Shown piece by piece: positions 1 to 9,865 of a stretch of 64,000 bases of DNA. Positions within the stretch are counted from its first letter, which is position 1. Each line of letters opens with the position of its first letter. The stretch spans positions 1,461 through 65,460 of the forward strand of contig JBKQRV010000067.1 of NCBI GenBank assembly GCA_052143835.1. Reading direction: 5' to 3'. The stretch comes from Alphaproteobacteria bacterium (GTDB lineage: Bacteria; Pseudomonadota; Alphaproteobacteria; JACZXZ01). The notes under the pieces were generated by a model that made no database searches, had not been told where the DNA came from, and worked only from the letters and a program-made list of their open reading frames with translations. The translations under genes were made by a program, and so were the position numbers.

Positions 1-722
1 TCGATTGTGGGGAAGTCCTTGGAGAAGCGCATGACGGCACTGTGGCGTTGCTCGACGCTCTTGCGCCCCAATTTCGGATTGCTCTTGAGGGCCGCTGTCC
101 ACTCTTCCACCAGCACGCCAAAGGCTGTCCCGGCGTCATTGGGAGCCTCACCCGTGCTCACTGGGGCGGCCGGAAGGGGCACGTCCGCGCGCCGGGCGGC
201 AACCGCTACGCGGTATCTGTCCAGGATCACGCCGCGCGCTATCACGAGTTGGGAGTCGCTGGGATGATCGACGCCAAGGGACTTGAGCAAATCGGCGGCA
301 GCCAATCCAAGCCCTTTGCTATGCGGCAGAAGAGGAGCATCCGGCTCGCCTTCCGTGTCCCTGTCGAGCGCCGCAGCCAAGGCTTGCAGCCGGCCGGGAA
401 TGCTGGTGAGATCGCCGATCGACTCATAGGCGCGTCTAAGCTCGCTGTAGGCCGCTACCTTCATATCGTCAACGGTGAGGGCGGCCCCGCGCTTCGCGCG
501 CCGTATCTGAGCTTTCAGGTTGGCGATGATGGGAGCGGCTGCAATCTTCGCCTTCTCGGAGTCGTCCGTGCCAAGCCGGTACTCAAAGTGAGTCCGCTTC
601 GCGTTGCCAAGGGCCGCGCGCAATTTCGTGGGAATCCGAACGCGGACGTAGAACATGCCGCCGCGCGCGTAGAGGTGCTTCATGCGGGTGTTGCGCGGGG
701 TGGCGATTGTGAGGAGAGACAT
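1..722 (-). CDS. Tyrosine (phage-type) integrase, N-terminal ~240 aa only; gene continues past the left window edge
   Basis: Absent from the ORF track because it has no stop in-window. Hand translation of the minus strand from ATG 722-720 stays open to position 1: MSLLTIATPRNTRMKHLYARGGMFYVRVRIPTKLRAALGNAKRTHFEYRLGTDDSEKAK...FGVLVEEWTAALKSNPKLGRKSVEQRHSAVMRFSKDF. This N-terminal arm plus core-binding layout resembles island/phage integrases. GGAGG lies 5 nt before the ATG. The catalytic domain is not visible. Confidence 0.65.
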   Translation of the reverse strand, partial: MSLLTIATPRNTRMKHLYARGGMFYVRVRIPTKLRAALGNAKRTHFEYRLGTDDSEKAKIAAAPIIANLKAQIRRAKRGAALTVDDMKVAAYSELRRAYESIGDLTSIPGRLQALAAALDRDTEGEPDAPLLPHSKGLGLAAADLLKSLGVDHPSDSQLVIARGVILDRYRVAVAARRADVPLPAAPVSTGEAPNDAGTAFGVLVEEWTAALKSNPKLGRKSVEQRHSAVMRFSKDFPTI

Positions 723-837
723 GAGAGCCTCCAAGGTTCGAGATCGGGAGTCGGTAGGGTACTCCTTTCCCGTTCCTTGTCAACACTTTTCGCACACACC
801 TCCCTTCTTTTCCCCAGGTTTTCTGCGGATCAGAAGG

Positions 838-957
838 CGCCCCCTCACTCTCAAGGGGGGAGGGAAGCGACGAGTGCCATCAAGAAAACTCCCCCTCCCC
901 CTCGAAGGGGGAGGGTAGGGAGGGGGTGACGCTCGAATTTGCGAGAGTTGGCACTAA
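838..957. repeat. Family A composite palindromic repeat (REP/BIME-like), copy A1
   Basis: Degenerate CCCTC..CTCAAGGGGGGAGGG hairpin, ~25-nt spacer, then CCCCCTCCCCCTCGAAGGGGGAGGGTAGGGAGGGGGTGACGCT..GAGAGTTGGCACTAA. Near-identical right half at 57441-57508. Confidence 0.85.
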
Positions 958-1634
958 CCCTCGCTGCGCTCGCCGGGCTCGAAGAGCGAGAAGCGCACCG
1001 GCAGGACCTCGCGCATCGAGAGCTTGCCGCTCGCGTCCTTGACCACGAGGGTGAGCTGCTGGGACTCGGGCATGCCGGCCGGGATCACCATGCGTCCGCC
1101 CGCCTTGAGCTGGGAGAGCAGCGGGGGCGGGACGAGCTCGGGGGCGGCGGTGACGATGATGCGCTCGAAGGGGCCGTGCTCGGGCCAGCCGTAATAGCCG
1201 TCGCCGAGCTTGAACTCGACGTTCTTGTAGCCGAGGCGCGCGAGGCGGGTGCGCGCCTCGCGGGCAAGCTCGTCGACGATCTCGACGGTGAAGACCTGCC
1301 GCGCGAGCTCGGCGAGGATCGCCGCCTGATAGCCGAGCCCGCTGCCGATCTCGAGCACCTTGTCGTCGCGTCCGACCTCGAGGAGATCGGTCATGAGCGC
1401 CACGATGAAGGGCTGGGAGATGGTCTTGCCGTAGCCGATCGGGAGCGGGGAGTCCGCATAGGCGTACTGGCGCAGCTCGAGCGGCACGAAGTCGTGGCGC
1501 GGCACGCGGCCGAGTGCGTCCATCACCGAGGGAGCGAGGGTGTCCTTGCCGAGCTGCTCGCGGGCGAGCTGAGCGTGGGCCAGGATCTCCTGCACCATGA
1601 TCGTCCGAAGGGCCGTGAACTGGGCGTCGCTCAT
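954..1634 (-). CDS. pcm: Protein-L-isoaspartate O-methyltransferase
   Basis: 226 aa; GYGKTISQPFIVALMTDLL, SAM-binding VLEIGSGLGYQAAILAEL, C-terminal GGRMVIPAG. Confidence 0.9.
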   Translation of the reverse strand: MSDAQFTALRTIMVQEILAHAQLAREQLGKDTLAPSVMDALGRVPRHDFVPLELRQYAYADSPLPIGYGKTISQPFIVALMTDLLEVGRDDKVLEIGSGLGYQAAILAELARQVFTVEIVDELAREARTRLARLGYKNVEFKLGDGYYGWPEHGPFERIIVTAAPELVPPPLLSQLKAGGRMVIPAGMPESQQLTLVVKDASGKLSMREVLPVRFSLFEPGERSEG

Positions 1635-1955
1635 GAGGGCTGCCTCGCCGCCTCCGGGGTGCCGCGCACCGCCGGGCTCGCGAGCAAGTTTAAGACGCTC
1701 GCACCCCGAATTGCACCAGGAAAGCGCGAGGCGAGCTTGACGGAGCGCAAGGCGGCAGCGCGCGTCGCCGTTGCCGTCGAATCATCCGCGCCCTCGGGGC
1801 GTACCGCTGCCCAATCCAAAAAAGCCGGGGCCGGCCGCGATTGGGGCTTGAATTCCGCGTGTGCGGCTTCCTACAAGAGATAGGGGCGACGGGGCAGCCG
1901 CCGCCCGCGGAGTCTTTGGGCGACAGCCTCACGGCAAGCGTCAAAGGATGCGTGG

Positions 1956-4900
1956 ATGAGCGGTCTCAAGCTGGCGCATGGACTCGCGTTCGAGGCGCTC
2001 TACACGCGCGAGGGCTGTCTCGAGCTCGACGGCCTCTTTTGCCGCAGGCTCAAGGAGAACGACGTCGCCCTCTTCAACCGGCTCATGGCCGCGCGCGCCG
2101 AGCCCGACGCGTTGGACGACAAGGTGGAAGGCGATCTCGCGATTGCGCTCGCACCCGCACTCGAGGATTTTCTCGCCGAGCTCTTCGGCATCGAGGCCGA
2201 GCTCGCGGCACTCGAGGCAGCACACGAGCAGCTCGCGCCGCTTTACACCTGCAAACGCCTCTTCGTGCAACGCGAGGCGACGCGGGCGCATGGCGAGGCC
2301 GCGGCGGCGGCTTTCGACGGTGCGGCTCTCCGCGCAGCCCTCGACGCCCATCTCGGCTCCGGCTGGGACGAGCTCGCCTTTGCCGCCAAGGTCATGACTT
2401 GGCGCGAGCATGAGGCGGGGAATGCGGCGGTCCTCGATCTCGCGCGCCGCTATGCCGCCTGGGCGGTGTTCAGTGCCGAGGGCAAGGAGCGCCACCGGTC
2501 GGGCGTGCTCTTCAAGGTGCCGCACAAGCTCGATCCCTACCGTCTCGTGCCGGTGGTGACCGAGAAGTGCCAAGGTTACGAGGTCATGCGCGTCGACCTC
2601 CGTCACGCGCCGCGCCGCGAGGGCCTCGATCTCAGCGACCGCGGCGCCGATTTGGTGCTCGGCCTCGATGACGCGAACTATTGCATCTGGTGCCATTACC
2701 AGGGCAAAGATTCCTGCTCCAAGGGCCTCAAGGAGAAGCAGGGCGCGAGCTTCCGCAAAAGCGTCTTCGGGGTGACGCTCGCCGGCTGTCCGCTCGAGGA
2801 GAAGATCTCCGAGATGCATGTGCTCAAGGCATCGGGCCATCCGCTCGGTGCGCTCGCGGTCGTTTGCGTCGACAATCCGCTGTGCGCGCTAACCGGGCAC
2901 CGGGTGTGCAACGACTGCATGAAATCCTGCGTCTACCAGCGCCAGGAGCCCGTCAACATCCCGCGCAGCGAGACCCGCATCCTCGCGGATGCCTTGTCGC
3001 TCCCCTGGGGCGTCGAGATCTACGGCCTCCTGGGGCGCTGGAACCCGCTCGACGTGCGCCGGCCGGTGCCCAGGCCCGCCACGGGGAGGAAGGTCCTCGT
3101 CGTCGGGCTGGGACCCGCGGGCTGCAATCTCGCTCACCATCTGATGAACGACGGCCACACGGTCGTGGGCATCGACGGCCTCAAGATCGAGCCGCTCAAG
3201 GTCGAGCTCTCGGGCATCACGGCTGCGGGCGAGCGCGTCCCCTTCCAGCCGGTCGAGCGCTTCGCCGACATCCGCGAGCGGCTCGACGAGCGCGTCATGG
3301 CGGGCTTCGGCGGGCTCTCGGAGTACGGCATCACCGTGCGCTGGGACAAGAACTACCTCAAGCTCGTCCGCCTGCTCCTCGAGCGGCGCGCCGGCTTCCG
3401 CGCCTTTGGTGCTGTGCGCTTCGGCGGCACGCTCGGGGTGGAGGATGCCTGGAGGCTCGGCTTCGATCACATCGCCCTTTGCATCGGCGCCGGCCGGCCC
3501 ACCATGCTCGAGGTGCCGAACGGGCTCGCGCGCGGCGTGCGCGCGGCGAACGATTTCCTCATGGGCCTCCAGCTGGGCGGTGCGGGCAAGCGGCACTCGC
3601 TCACCGACCTCCAGCTCCGCCTTCCCGTGGTGGTGATCGGCGCCGGGCTCACCGCGGGCGACACGGCCACCGAATCGTTAGCCTACTATCCGATCCAGGT
3701 GGAGAAGTTCCTCGCCCGCTACGAGACGCTTGCAGCCGATGGGGGGGAGGTAGCGCTGCGCGAGGCCTGGAATGCCGAGGAACGCGAGATCGCCGAGGAA
3801 TTCTTGGCACACGCCCGCGCCATCCGCGCCGAGCGCAGGGCGGCTCAAGCCGAAGGCCGCCCGGCGCGCATCCGCGAGCTCGTCCAAGGCTGGGGCGGGG
3901 TCACCATCGCCTATCGCCGGCGCCTCATCGATTCACCGAGCTATACCCTGAATCACGAGGAGGTGGAGAAGGCGCTCGAGGAGGGGGTCGTCTTCGCCGA
4001 GTGTCTCGCCCCGCGCGCCGTCGAGGTCGACCGGCACGGACACGCGCAGGCGCTCCGCATGATGCGCATGGCGGCGGGGGCCGACGGCAAGCTCGAGGAG
4101 ACGGGAGAGGTCGTGACCCTTCCGGCGCGCAGCATCCTCGTTGCCGCCGGTACTGTGCCCAACACCGTGCTCGCGCGCGAGGACGAAGCACACTTCAAGC
4201 TCGACGGCCGCTATTTCCAGGCGCTCGACGAGGCGGGCCGGCCGGTCAAGCCCGAGCGGGTCGCGAAGCCGCAAGAGGCGCAAGTGCTGATCCATCTCGA
4301 GCGCGACGGCCGCGCGATCAGCGCCTATGGCGACCTGCATGCCTCCTTTGCCGGCAACGTGGTGAAGGCGATGGCGAGTGCCAAGCGCGCCTATCCGCTC
4401 CTCTCGCGGCTGCTCGCCGAGCGCCCGGCCGTGGGCGGGACGACGGACGAGGCCTTCTTCGAGCGCCTGAGGTGGGCCTTGAGCTCGCACGTGCGCGAGG
4501 TGAGGCGGCCGGCACGCGGCTTCGTCGAGCTCGTGCTCGAGGCGCCGCTGGCCGCGCGGGCCTGGCGGCTGGGCCAGTTCTTCCGTGTCCAGAATCTCGA
4601 GACCCTGGCGCTGCGCGCCGGGGATACGCCTCTTGCGATGGAAGGCATTGCCGCCCTCCCCTCGGCGGTCGATGCGGCAAGCGGCCTCGTCTCGCTCGTG
4701 CTCGCGACGGAGGGCGGCTCGAGTGCCTTGGCGCCGCTCTTGAAGCCGGGAGAGCCGCTCGCCCTCATGGGACCGAACGGGACGCCGGTAAGCCTGCCGG
4801 AAGGAGGTGCCGTAATGCTCGCCGGCAACGGCTTCGGCGTGGCGGCCCTTCTTCCGCTCGCGCGCGCCGCCAAGGCGCATGGCCTCGCGACCCTCGTCGT

Positions 4901-5456
4901 CGCCGACTATTCCGGCGCCGATCGGCACTTCATGCAAAAGGAGATCGAGGCCGACGCCGACGCTGTGCTGTGGGTCGTCGAGCGCGGGCCGGCCATCATG
5001 CCGTCGCGCGCGGCGGACAAGAGCTTTTCCGGCAGCGTGGCGGCCGCCGTCGCGGCCTACGGCCGCGGCGAGCTCGGCGAGGTCGAGATCGCCTTGCAGC
5101 ACGTCGGCCGCATCTTCGCCTTGGGCCCAAGCACCTTCCTCGCCGCCCTCGCCGCGGCGAAAGCGAACGAGCTCGCGTCCTTCTTCGCAGGCACCCCCCT
5201 TCTCGTCGGCAGCCTCGTCTCGCCGATGCAATGCATGATGAAGGAGATCTGCGGGCGCTGCCTTCAGCCGGTGCGCGACCCTGCCTCGGGGACGACCAAG
5301 CTCGTCTTCGCCTGCGCCGATCCCAATCTGCCGCTCGAGCTCGTCGACACCGCTTCCCTTTGCCAGCGCCTCGGCCAGAACGGCGTGCAGGAAAAGCTCA
5401 CCCGCCGCTGGATCGAGCGCTGCCTGGGCGAGTTCGACCGTGCGGCGACAAGCTAG
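1956..5456 (+). CDS. Large multidomain FAD/NAD(P)-binding oxidoreductase (GltD-like Fe-S + dinucleotide-binding core fused to a PyrK/ferredoxin-reductase-like C-terminus)
   Basis: 1166 aa. Cys-rich region CIWCHYQGKDSCSKG..GCPLEE..CNDCMKSCVYQ; Rossmann motifs VLVVGLGPAGCNLAHHL and VVVIGAGLTAGDTA; C-terminal CMMKEICGRCLQP..FACADP cluster motif. High GC3. Confidence 0.75.
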   Translation: MSGLKLAHGLAFEALYTREGCLELDGLFCRRLKENDVALFNRLMAARAEPDALDDKVEGDLAIALAPALEDFLAELFGIEAELAALEAAHEQLAPLYTCKRLFVQREATRAHGEAAAAAFDGAALRAALDAHLGSGWDELAFAAKVMTWREHEAGNAAVLDLARRYAAWAVFSAEGKERHRSGVLFKVPHKLDPYRLVPVVTEKCQGYEVMRVDLRHAPRREGLDLSDRGADLVLGLDDANYCIWCHYQGKDSCSKGLKEKQGASFRKSVFGVTLAGCPLEEKISEMHVLKASGHPLGALAVVCVDNPLCALTGHRVCNDCMKSCVYQRQEPVNIPRSETRILADALSLPWGVEIYGLLGRWNPLDVRRPVPRPATGRKVLVVGLGPAGCNLAHHLMNDGHTVVGIDGLKIEPLKVELSGITAAGERVPFQPVERFADIRERLDERVMAGFGGLSEYGITVRWDKNYLKLVRLLLERRAGFRAFGAVRFGGTLGVEDAWRLGFDHIALCIGAGRPTMLEVPNGLARGVRAANDFLMGLQLGGAGKRHSLTDLQLRLPVVVIGAGLTAGDTATESLAYYPIQVEKFLARYETLAADGGEVALREAWNAEEREIAEEFLAHARAIRAERRAAQAEGRPARIRELVQGWGGVTIAYRRRLIDSPSYTLNHEEVEKALEEGVVFAECLAPRAVEVDRHGHAQALRMMRMAAGADGKLEETGEVVTLPARSILVAAGTVPNTVLAREDEAHFKLDGRYFQALDEAGRPVKPERVAKPQEAQVLIHLERDGRAISAYGDLHASFAGNVVKAMASAKRAYPLLSRLLAERPAVGGTTDEAFFERLRWALSSHVREVRRPARGFVELVLEAPLAARAWRLGQFFRVQNLETLALRAGDTPLAMEGIAALPSAVDAASGLVSLVLATEGGSSALAPLLKPGEPLALMGPNGTPVSLPEGGAVMLAGNGFGVAALLPLARAAKAHGLATLVVADYSGADRHFMQKEIEADADAVLWVVERGPAIMPSRAADKSFSGSVAAAVAAYGRGELGEVEIALQHVGRIFALGPSTFLAALAAAKANELASFFAGTPLLVGSLVSPMQCMMKEICGRCLQPVRDPASGTTKLVFACADPNLPLELVDTASLCQRLGQNGVQEKLTRRWIERCLGEFDRAATS

Positions 5457-5494
5457 GGTCGCGATTCGGAAGCTTGTCTCACCCCGAGATTATC

Positions 5495-5584
5495 GTCATT
5501 GCGAGCGCAGCGAAGCAATCCATGATGCATGGTGCGAAACCCTATCTGGATTGCTTCGTTGCCCTTCGGGCGCCTCGCAATGAC
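5495..5584. repeat. Family C inverted-repeat element (GTCATTGCGAG...CTCGCAATGAC), copy C1
   Basis: 90-bp element with terminal inverted repeats and inner GAAGCAATCC/GGATTGCTTC arms. About 90% identical to the reverse complement of 33496-33585. Confidence 0.85.
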
Positions 5585-5636
5585 ACGTGTTCACCTGATG
5601 TGGTGAGTTTCAGAACCAGGATACTGGGACGCTCTC

Positions 5637-6509
5637 ATGCCCGACATTGCAATGAATGCGAATAGACGCGGCGGGATCGACGGCGACACGTTGATCTTCG
5701 CCACACCGGGGGATCCGGTTGCGCAGATGCGCCTGCCCTCGGTCATGGGACCCGTCTTCGCCGCCCTCGGCATCAATGCGGTCTGGCTGCCGTTCCACGT
5801 CGATCGCGACGGTCTCAGCTTGGTGCTGCAGGCGCTGCGCTCGGTGCGCAATTTCAAGGGGATCACGGTCGCCATCCCTTACAAACCCGTGGTCGCGGAG
5901 CTGATCGAGCGGCTCAGCGAGCGTGCGCGCGCGGCGGGTGCCGTGAACCTCGTGCGCCTCGAGCCGGACGGCAGCCTCGCGGGCGACATGGTCGATGGCG
6001 CCGGTTTCGTACGCGGCCTGGAAATGCGCGGATACTCGCCCAAGGGGGCCAAGGCCTGGCTCGTGGGGGCTGGCGGCGCCGGTTCCGCCATCGCCTCGGC
6101 CCTCGCCGAAGCCGGAGTCGACCGTCTCTTTCTCACGGAGGCAAATCGCGCGCGCGGGGCCGCCGTCGTCGAGCGTCTCCGCGCGCATCACCCCGGCTGT
6201 GCGATCGAGCTCGTCGCAACACCGCCGGGGCCCGTCGATCTCGCCGTCAACGCCACGCCGGTGGGCCTCAAGGCGGACGATCCCTTGCCCTTCGATCCGG
6301 CCGGCCTTGCCGCGGAGACGCTCGTTTGCGACATCATCATGAAGCCCAAGGAGACCCCACTCCTCGTGGCCGCGCAGGCGCTGGGCCTGAGCGTGCATCA
6401 CGGCCATCACACGCTCGACTGCCAGATCCCCATGTATTTGCGCTTCTTCGGCTTCACTGTCCCCGACGAGCGGGCGATCGTCGCCCTGGCGAGCGGCATC
6501 GCGACTTAG
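5637..6509 (+). CDS. Shikimate/quinate dehydrogenase family protein
   Basis: 290 aa; GITVAIPYKPVV, AGAVNLV, NAD(P) site WLVGAGGAGSAIASALAEAG. Confidence 0.8.
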   Translation: MPDIAMNANRRGGIDGDTLIFATPGDPVAQMRLPSVMGPVFAALGINAVWLPFHVDRDGLSLVLQALRSVRNFKGITVAIPYKPVVAELIERLSERARAAGAVNLVRLEPDGSLAGDMVDGAGFVRGLEMRGYSPKGAKAWLVGAGGAGSAIASALAEAGVDRLFLTEANRARGAAVVERLRAHHPGCAIELVATPPGPVDLAVNATPVGLKADDPLPFDPAGLAAETLVCDIIMKPKETPLLVAAQALGLSVHHGHHTLDCQIPMYLRFFGFTVPDERAIVALASGIAT

Positions 6510-6812
6510 GAGGCATTCTCGGATCATGCCGAGATATTGACCGCGCTTGGCGATCTGTCCGGGAAGTGGATCGACCGCGTGCACCGACGACGCCCTGAAG
6601 CGCAGTCAGCGTCCTCGGATCCCTTGTCTGTAGGGCCGAATTTGTACATAATTCCACCGAGTTCCCGCTCACCCGGGGAATGTCCGCTAAATTATGTTTA
6701 TAGGGAAGGGATCTTCGGGCAATTCAGGCGATCACGATAAACCCTGAGGTGTGCCACGGCCGACTACAGCAGCGACGCTCAAGGCTTTGTCAATGACGTA
6801 ATCGCTCCAGTC

Positions 6813-7262
6813 TTGGATGGACTTGGCCTGGACGAAAGTCCACAGGCAGCCACGGAACTGTTGCTTGGAACGGCGCTCCAAGAGAGCGGTTTGTTATATA
6901 GAGTCCAGCAGGGTGGGGGACCCGCCCTCGGGCTCTTCCAAATGGAGCCAAACACCCACGACGACATCTGGAATAACTTTTTGAAATATCGAGCGGACCT
7001 TTCCGCCAAAGTACAGGCATTTCTTGGGGGTAATCCGCAAAATTCTGCTTCTCTTCAAAATAATGATCAATATGCTGCCGCAATGGCGCGCGTCCATTAC
7101 TATAGAATGGGGCAAATTGTTGGAAAGGCTAATCTACCAGACGCCGGAGATATTCCCGGGATGGCGAGTTATTGGAAAACGTACTACAATACAGCAGGTG
7201 GCGCAGGGACTGCGGCCCAATTTGTTGCCAACTGGGAAGCGCATCACGGCTCTGTAGCTTAG
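6813..7262 (+). CDS. Small lysozyme-like / lytic-transglycosylase (SLT)-like protein, possibly a 5'-truncated remnant
   Basis: 149 aa in a visibly low-G+C stretch. LQESGL..GGGPALGLFQMEP resembles the catalytic E-S ... GLxQ motif of SLT domains. Only a TTG start, with no obvious RBS. Confidence 0.5.
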   Translation: MDGLGLDESPQAATELLLGTALQESGLLYRVQQGGGPALGLFQMEPNTHDDIWNNFLKYRADLSAKVQAFLGGNPQNSASLQNNDQYAAAMARVHYYRMGQIVGKANLPDAGDIPGMASYWKTYYNTAGGAGTAAQFVANWEAHHGSVA

Positions 7263-7576
7263 CTCGGACTCGGCGAGCCCAGGGGTCCGACCCCCGCCAT
7301 ACAGTCTTGTAGTGCGCATTATTCAATCTGGGCCCTCGGGCAGCGAGCTGATATTGCCATCTTAAAGTGTTTGGCACCTTTCGCCGCCCGGCGTTTCTGG
7401 TGTTGCTTGCCCAAATCGACCGTAAGTTCTAACGGCGGATGAAAGCAACGTCTGTCTGCCCAGCGGCGAGAGGTTCTCGGGCCATGGCACGGTCAATCGC
7501 TCTATCGGGGAATATATACGCTCAGAGTGACGCTCGCGAGCTTGCGGGTCGCCTTGCGGCGATGCACGAACCGCAC

Positions 7577-8356
7577 TCACCCCCCGAAGCGCCGGCGCAT
7601 CAGCTGTGCCGCCATGCGCACCACGGTCGCGCGCGGCGAGCGTTGCGCAAGCATGGCGCCGAGACGATTCAAGCCGCCCACCACATGCACGTTCTTGCGT
7701 CCGAGAGCGGCAAGCCCCTCGCGCGCGACCCGCTCGGGCGTGGCGAACCCGCGCTGCGAGCCGCGCATGCCGGCGCGCGTGAAAAACGCCGTCTCGGTGC
7801 CGCCGGGACAGAGTGCCAGCACGTCGATCGGCAATCGGCTAAGCTCGCCCGCAAGCGCCTCCGCATAGAAGAGGTCGAACGTCTTGGTGGCGCCGTAGGT
7901 GGCGAGATAAGGGGTGGGCTGAAAGGAGGCCGTGCTGGCGACGATGATGAGGCCGGCGCGGCTTCGCCTTGACGCGGCGCGCTCGAGCATCTGCGGCAGG
8001 AGCGCGCGGGTGAGCATCACCACCGCCACCACATTGACCTCGACCATCTCGCGCTCGCTCTCGGCGGAGTTGTCGATCATGCGGCCGAAGCGCCCCAGGC
8101 CGGCGTTGTTTATTAGGAGGTCGATGGGAAGTGCGGCCGCCGCCGCGAGGAAACAGCGCCGTCCGGCCTCGCTCGCGAGGTCGGCCGCGATCGTCTCGAC
8201 GCGCCGCCCGCCTTGCGCGAGGGGGGCCTTGGCCGCGGCGAGCTTGGCCGCGTCCCGTCCCGTGAGCAAAAGGTTGGTCTGAAGCGGCAGCGCGCGGGCA
8301 AAAGCGGCGCCGATGCCGCTCGTCGCCCCGGTGATCGCAGCGAACGCGTATGCCAT
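7577..8356 (-). CDS. SDR-family short-chain dehydrogenase/reductase
   Basis: 259 aa; ITGATSGIGAAFA, NNAGLG, YGATKTF (YxxxK). Confidence 0.85.
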   Translation of the reverse strand: MAYAFAAITGATSGIGAAFARALPLQTNLLLTGRDAAKLAAAKAPLAQGGRRVETIAADLASEAGRRCFLAAAAALPIDLLINNAGLGRFGRMIDNSAESEREMVEVNVVAVVMLTRALLPQMLERAASRRSRAGLIIVASTASFQPTPYLATYGATKTFDLFYAEALAGELSRLPIDVLALCPGGTETAFFTRAGMRGSQRGFATPERVAREGLAALGRKNVHVVGGLNRLGAMLAQRSPRATVVRMAAQLMRRRFGG

Positions 8357-8524
8357 GGGGAAGATGCCTCCACGAGATGGGAGGGGGAGTATAGCCGTTG
8401 AGGCAAGTCGCGTCCGCGGGCGCTTGTGTGCTCTTGCGGGCTGCCGAGCGTGCGGCTAAGGAGAGGCGCGCGCTTGCCCGAAAGGCGCAGCCGCCTCAGT
8501 GACGCCAACGAAAAGACGGGAAAG

Positions 8525-9733
8525 ATGCCGAAATTGCGAACCCTCGATGATCTCGACGTGCGCGGCAAGCGCGTGCTCGTGCGGGTCGATCTCAACGTCC
8601 CCATGAAGGACGGCAAGCCGAGCGATACGACCCGAATCGACCGGGTGGCGCCGACGATCGACGAGCTCGCGCGCAAGGGCGCACGCGTCATCGTGCTCTC
8701 CCACTTGGGCCGCCCCAAGGGCAAGCCTGAACCCGAGTATTCGCTCGCCCCCTTAGCACCCGCGCTCGAAAAATCCCTCGGCGGACGCAAGGTCGCCTTC
8801 GCGCGCGACTCTGTGGGGCCGGAGGCAAGTGCGGTCGTGGCGAAGCTCGAGGACGGCCAAGTGGCGCTCCTTGAGAACCTGCGCTTCGAGCCGGGCGAGG
8901 AGGCGAACGATGCGAGGTTCGCGCAAGCGCTGGCGGCACTCGGCGAGCTCTATGTGGACGACGCCTTCGCTTGCGCGCATCGCGCCCATGCCTCGGTCGA
9001 GGCTTTGGCACGCCTCCTTCCGGCCGCGGCCGGCCGGCTCATGGAGGCCGAGCTCGGCCACCTCGCCGCCGCGCTCGAGCACCCCGCGCGCCCGCTTTAT
9101 GCCCTCGTCGGCGGCGCCAAGGTCTCGACCAAGTTGGCACTCCTCGGCAATCTCGTCGCCAAGGTCGACTCCCTCATCATCGGCGGCGGCATGGCCAACA
9201 CATTTCTCGCAGCCCTGGGTCGCCAAGTCGGCAAGTCGCTTTACGAGCACGACCTGGCCGAGACCGCCCGCGCCGTTCTCGCTTCCGCGGCGGCGCGCAA
9301 ATGCGCCATCCTTCTGCCCACGGATGCGGTGGTGGCGGTGGGGCTCGAGGCGGGCTCGGCAGCACATGTGGTCGGCATCGAGGCCGTGCCCGCCGGCGAG
9401 ATGATCCTCGATATCGGGCCGCGGACGGCCGCGGCGCTCGCTCGGCATCTCGAGGGCTGCCGCACGCTGGTGTGGAACGGCCCGCTCGGCGCCTTCGAGA
9501 CGCCACCCTTCGATGCCGGCACCAACGTGGTGGCGCGGGCGGCCGCGGCGCTCAGCAAGGCCGGCAAGCTCCTGAGCGTCGCGGGCGGTGGGGATACGCT
9601 CGCAGCCCTCCATCATGCGGGTGTTGCGCAGGACTTCAGCTACGTCTCGACCGCGGGCGGAGCGTTCCTCGAATGGCTCGAGGGCAAGGAGCTGCCCGGC
9701 GTCGCCGCACTCGAGGCCGCCGCCAAGACTTGA
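8525..9733 (+). CDS. pgk: Phosphoglycerate kinase
   Basis: [27 protein letters not shown] start chosen inside track ORF 8426..9733; [19 protein letters not shown]. Confidence 0.95.
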   Translation: MPKLRTLDDLDVRGKRVLVRVDLNVPMKDGKPSDTTRIDRVAPTIDELARKGARVIVLSHLGRPKGKPEPEYSLAPLAPALEKSLGGRKVAFARDSVGPEASAVVAKLEDGQVALLENLRFEPGEEANDARFAQALAALGELYVDDAFACAHRAHASVEALARLLPAAAGRLMEAELGHLAAALEHPARPLYALVGGAKVSTKLALLGNLVAKVDSLIIGGGMANTFLAALGRQVGKSLYEHDLAETARAVLASAAARKCAILLPTDAVVAVGLEAGSAAHVVGIEAVPAGEMILDIGPRTAAALARHLEGCRTLVWNGPLGAFETPPFDAGTNVVARAAAALSKAGKLLSVAGGGDTLAALHHAGVAQDFSYVSTAGGAFLEWLEGKELPGVAALEAAAKT

Positions 9734-9865
9734 GCGGTGTGGCGGCGTGCTCGTCCGCGCTTGCGCCGCGCACATCGACAGCCGCGCGCCGGCTGTGATA
9801 ACAAAACGCCATTCCAGGTGCGGGCGCGATTGCCCTCGAGGGGGAGGGAGAGCGGCGTGAAGCCC

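Noticed and set aside
729-760. tRNA 3' fragment or att site, suggested by AAGGTTCGAGATCGGG next to the integrase start
   Set aside because: No acceptor stem, no CCA context and no T-arm complement could be drawn. It is probably a chance resemblance within the int 5' UTR.
2681-5665. 994-aa ORF overlapping the 1166-aa oxidoreductase gene. The same applies to similar long shadow ORFs 8753..10786 -, 21601..23526 +, 36157..38010 -, 51335..54160 -, 54221..55678 - and 61802..63151 -
   Set aside because: These are Arg/Ala/Pro/Gly-dominated translations in alternative frames of genes with clear conserved motifs. They are the usual stop-poor off-frames of a high-G+C genome.
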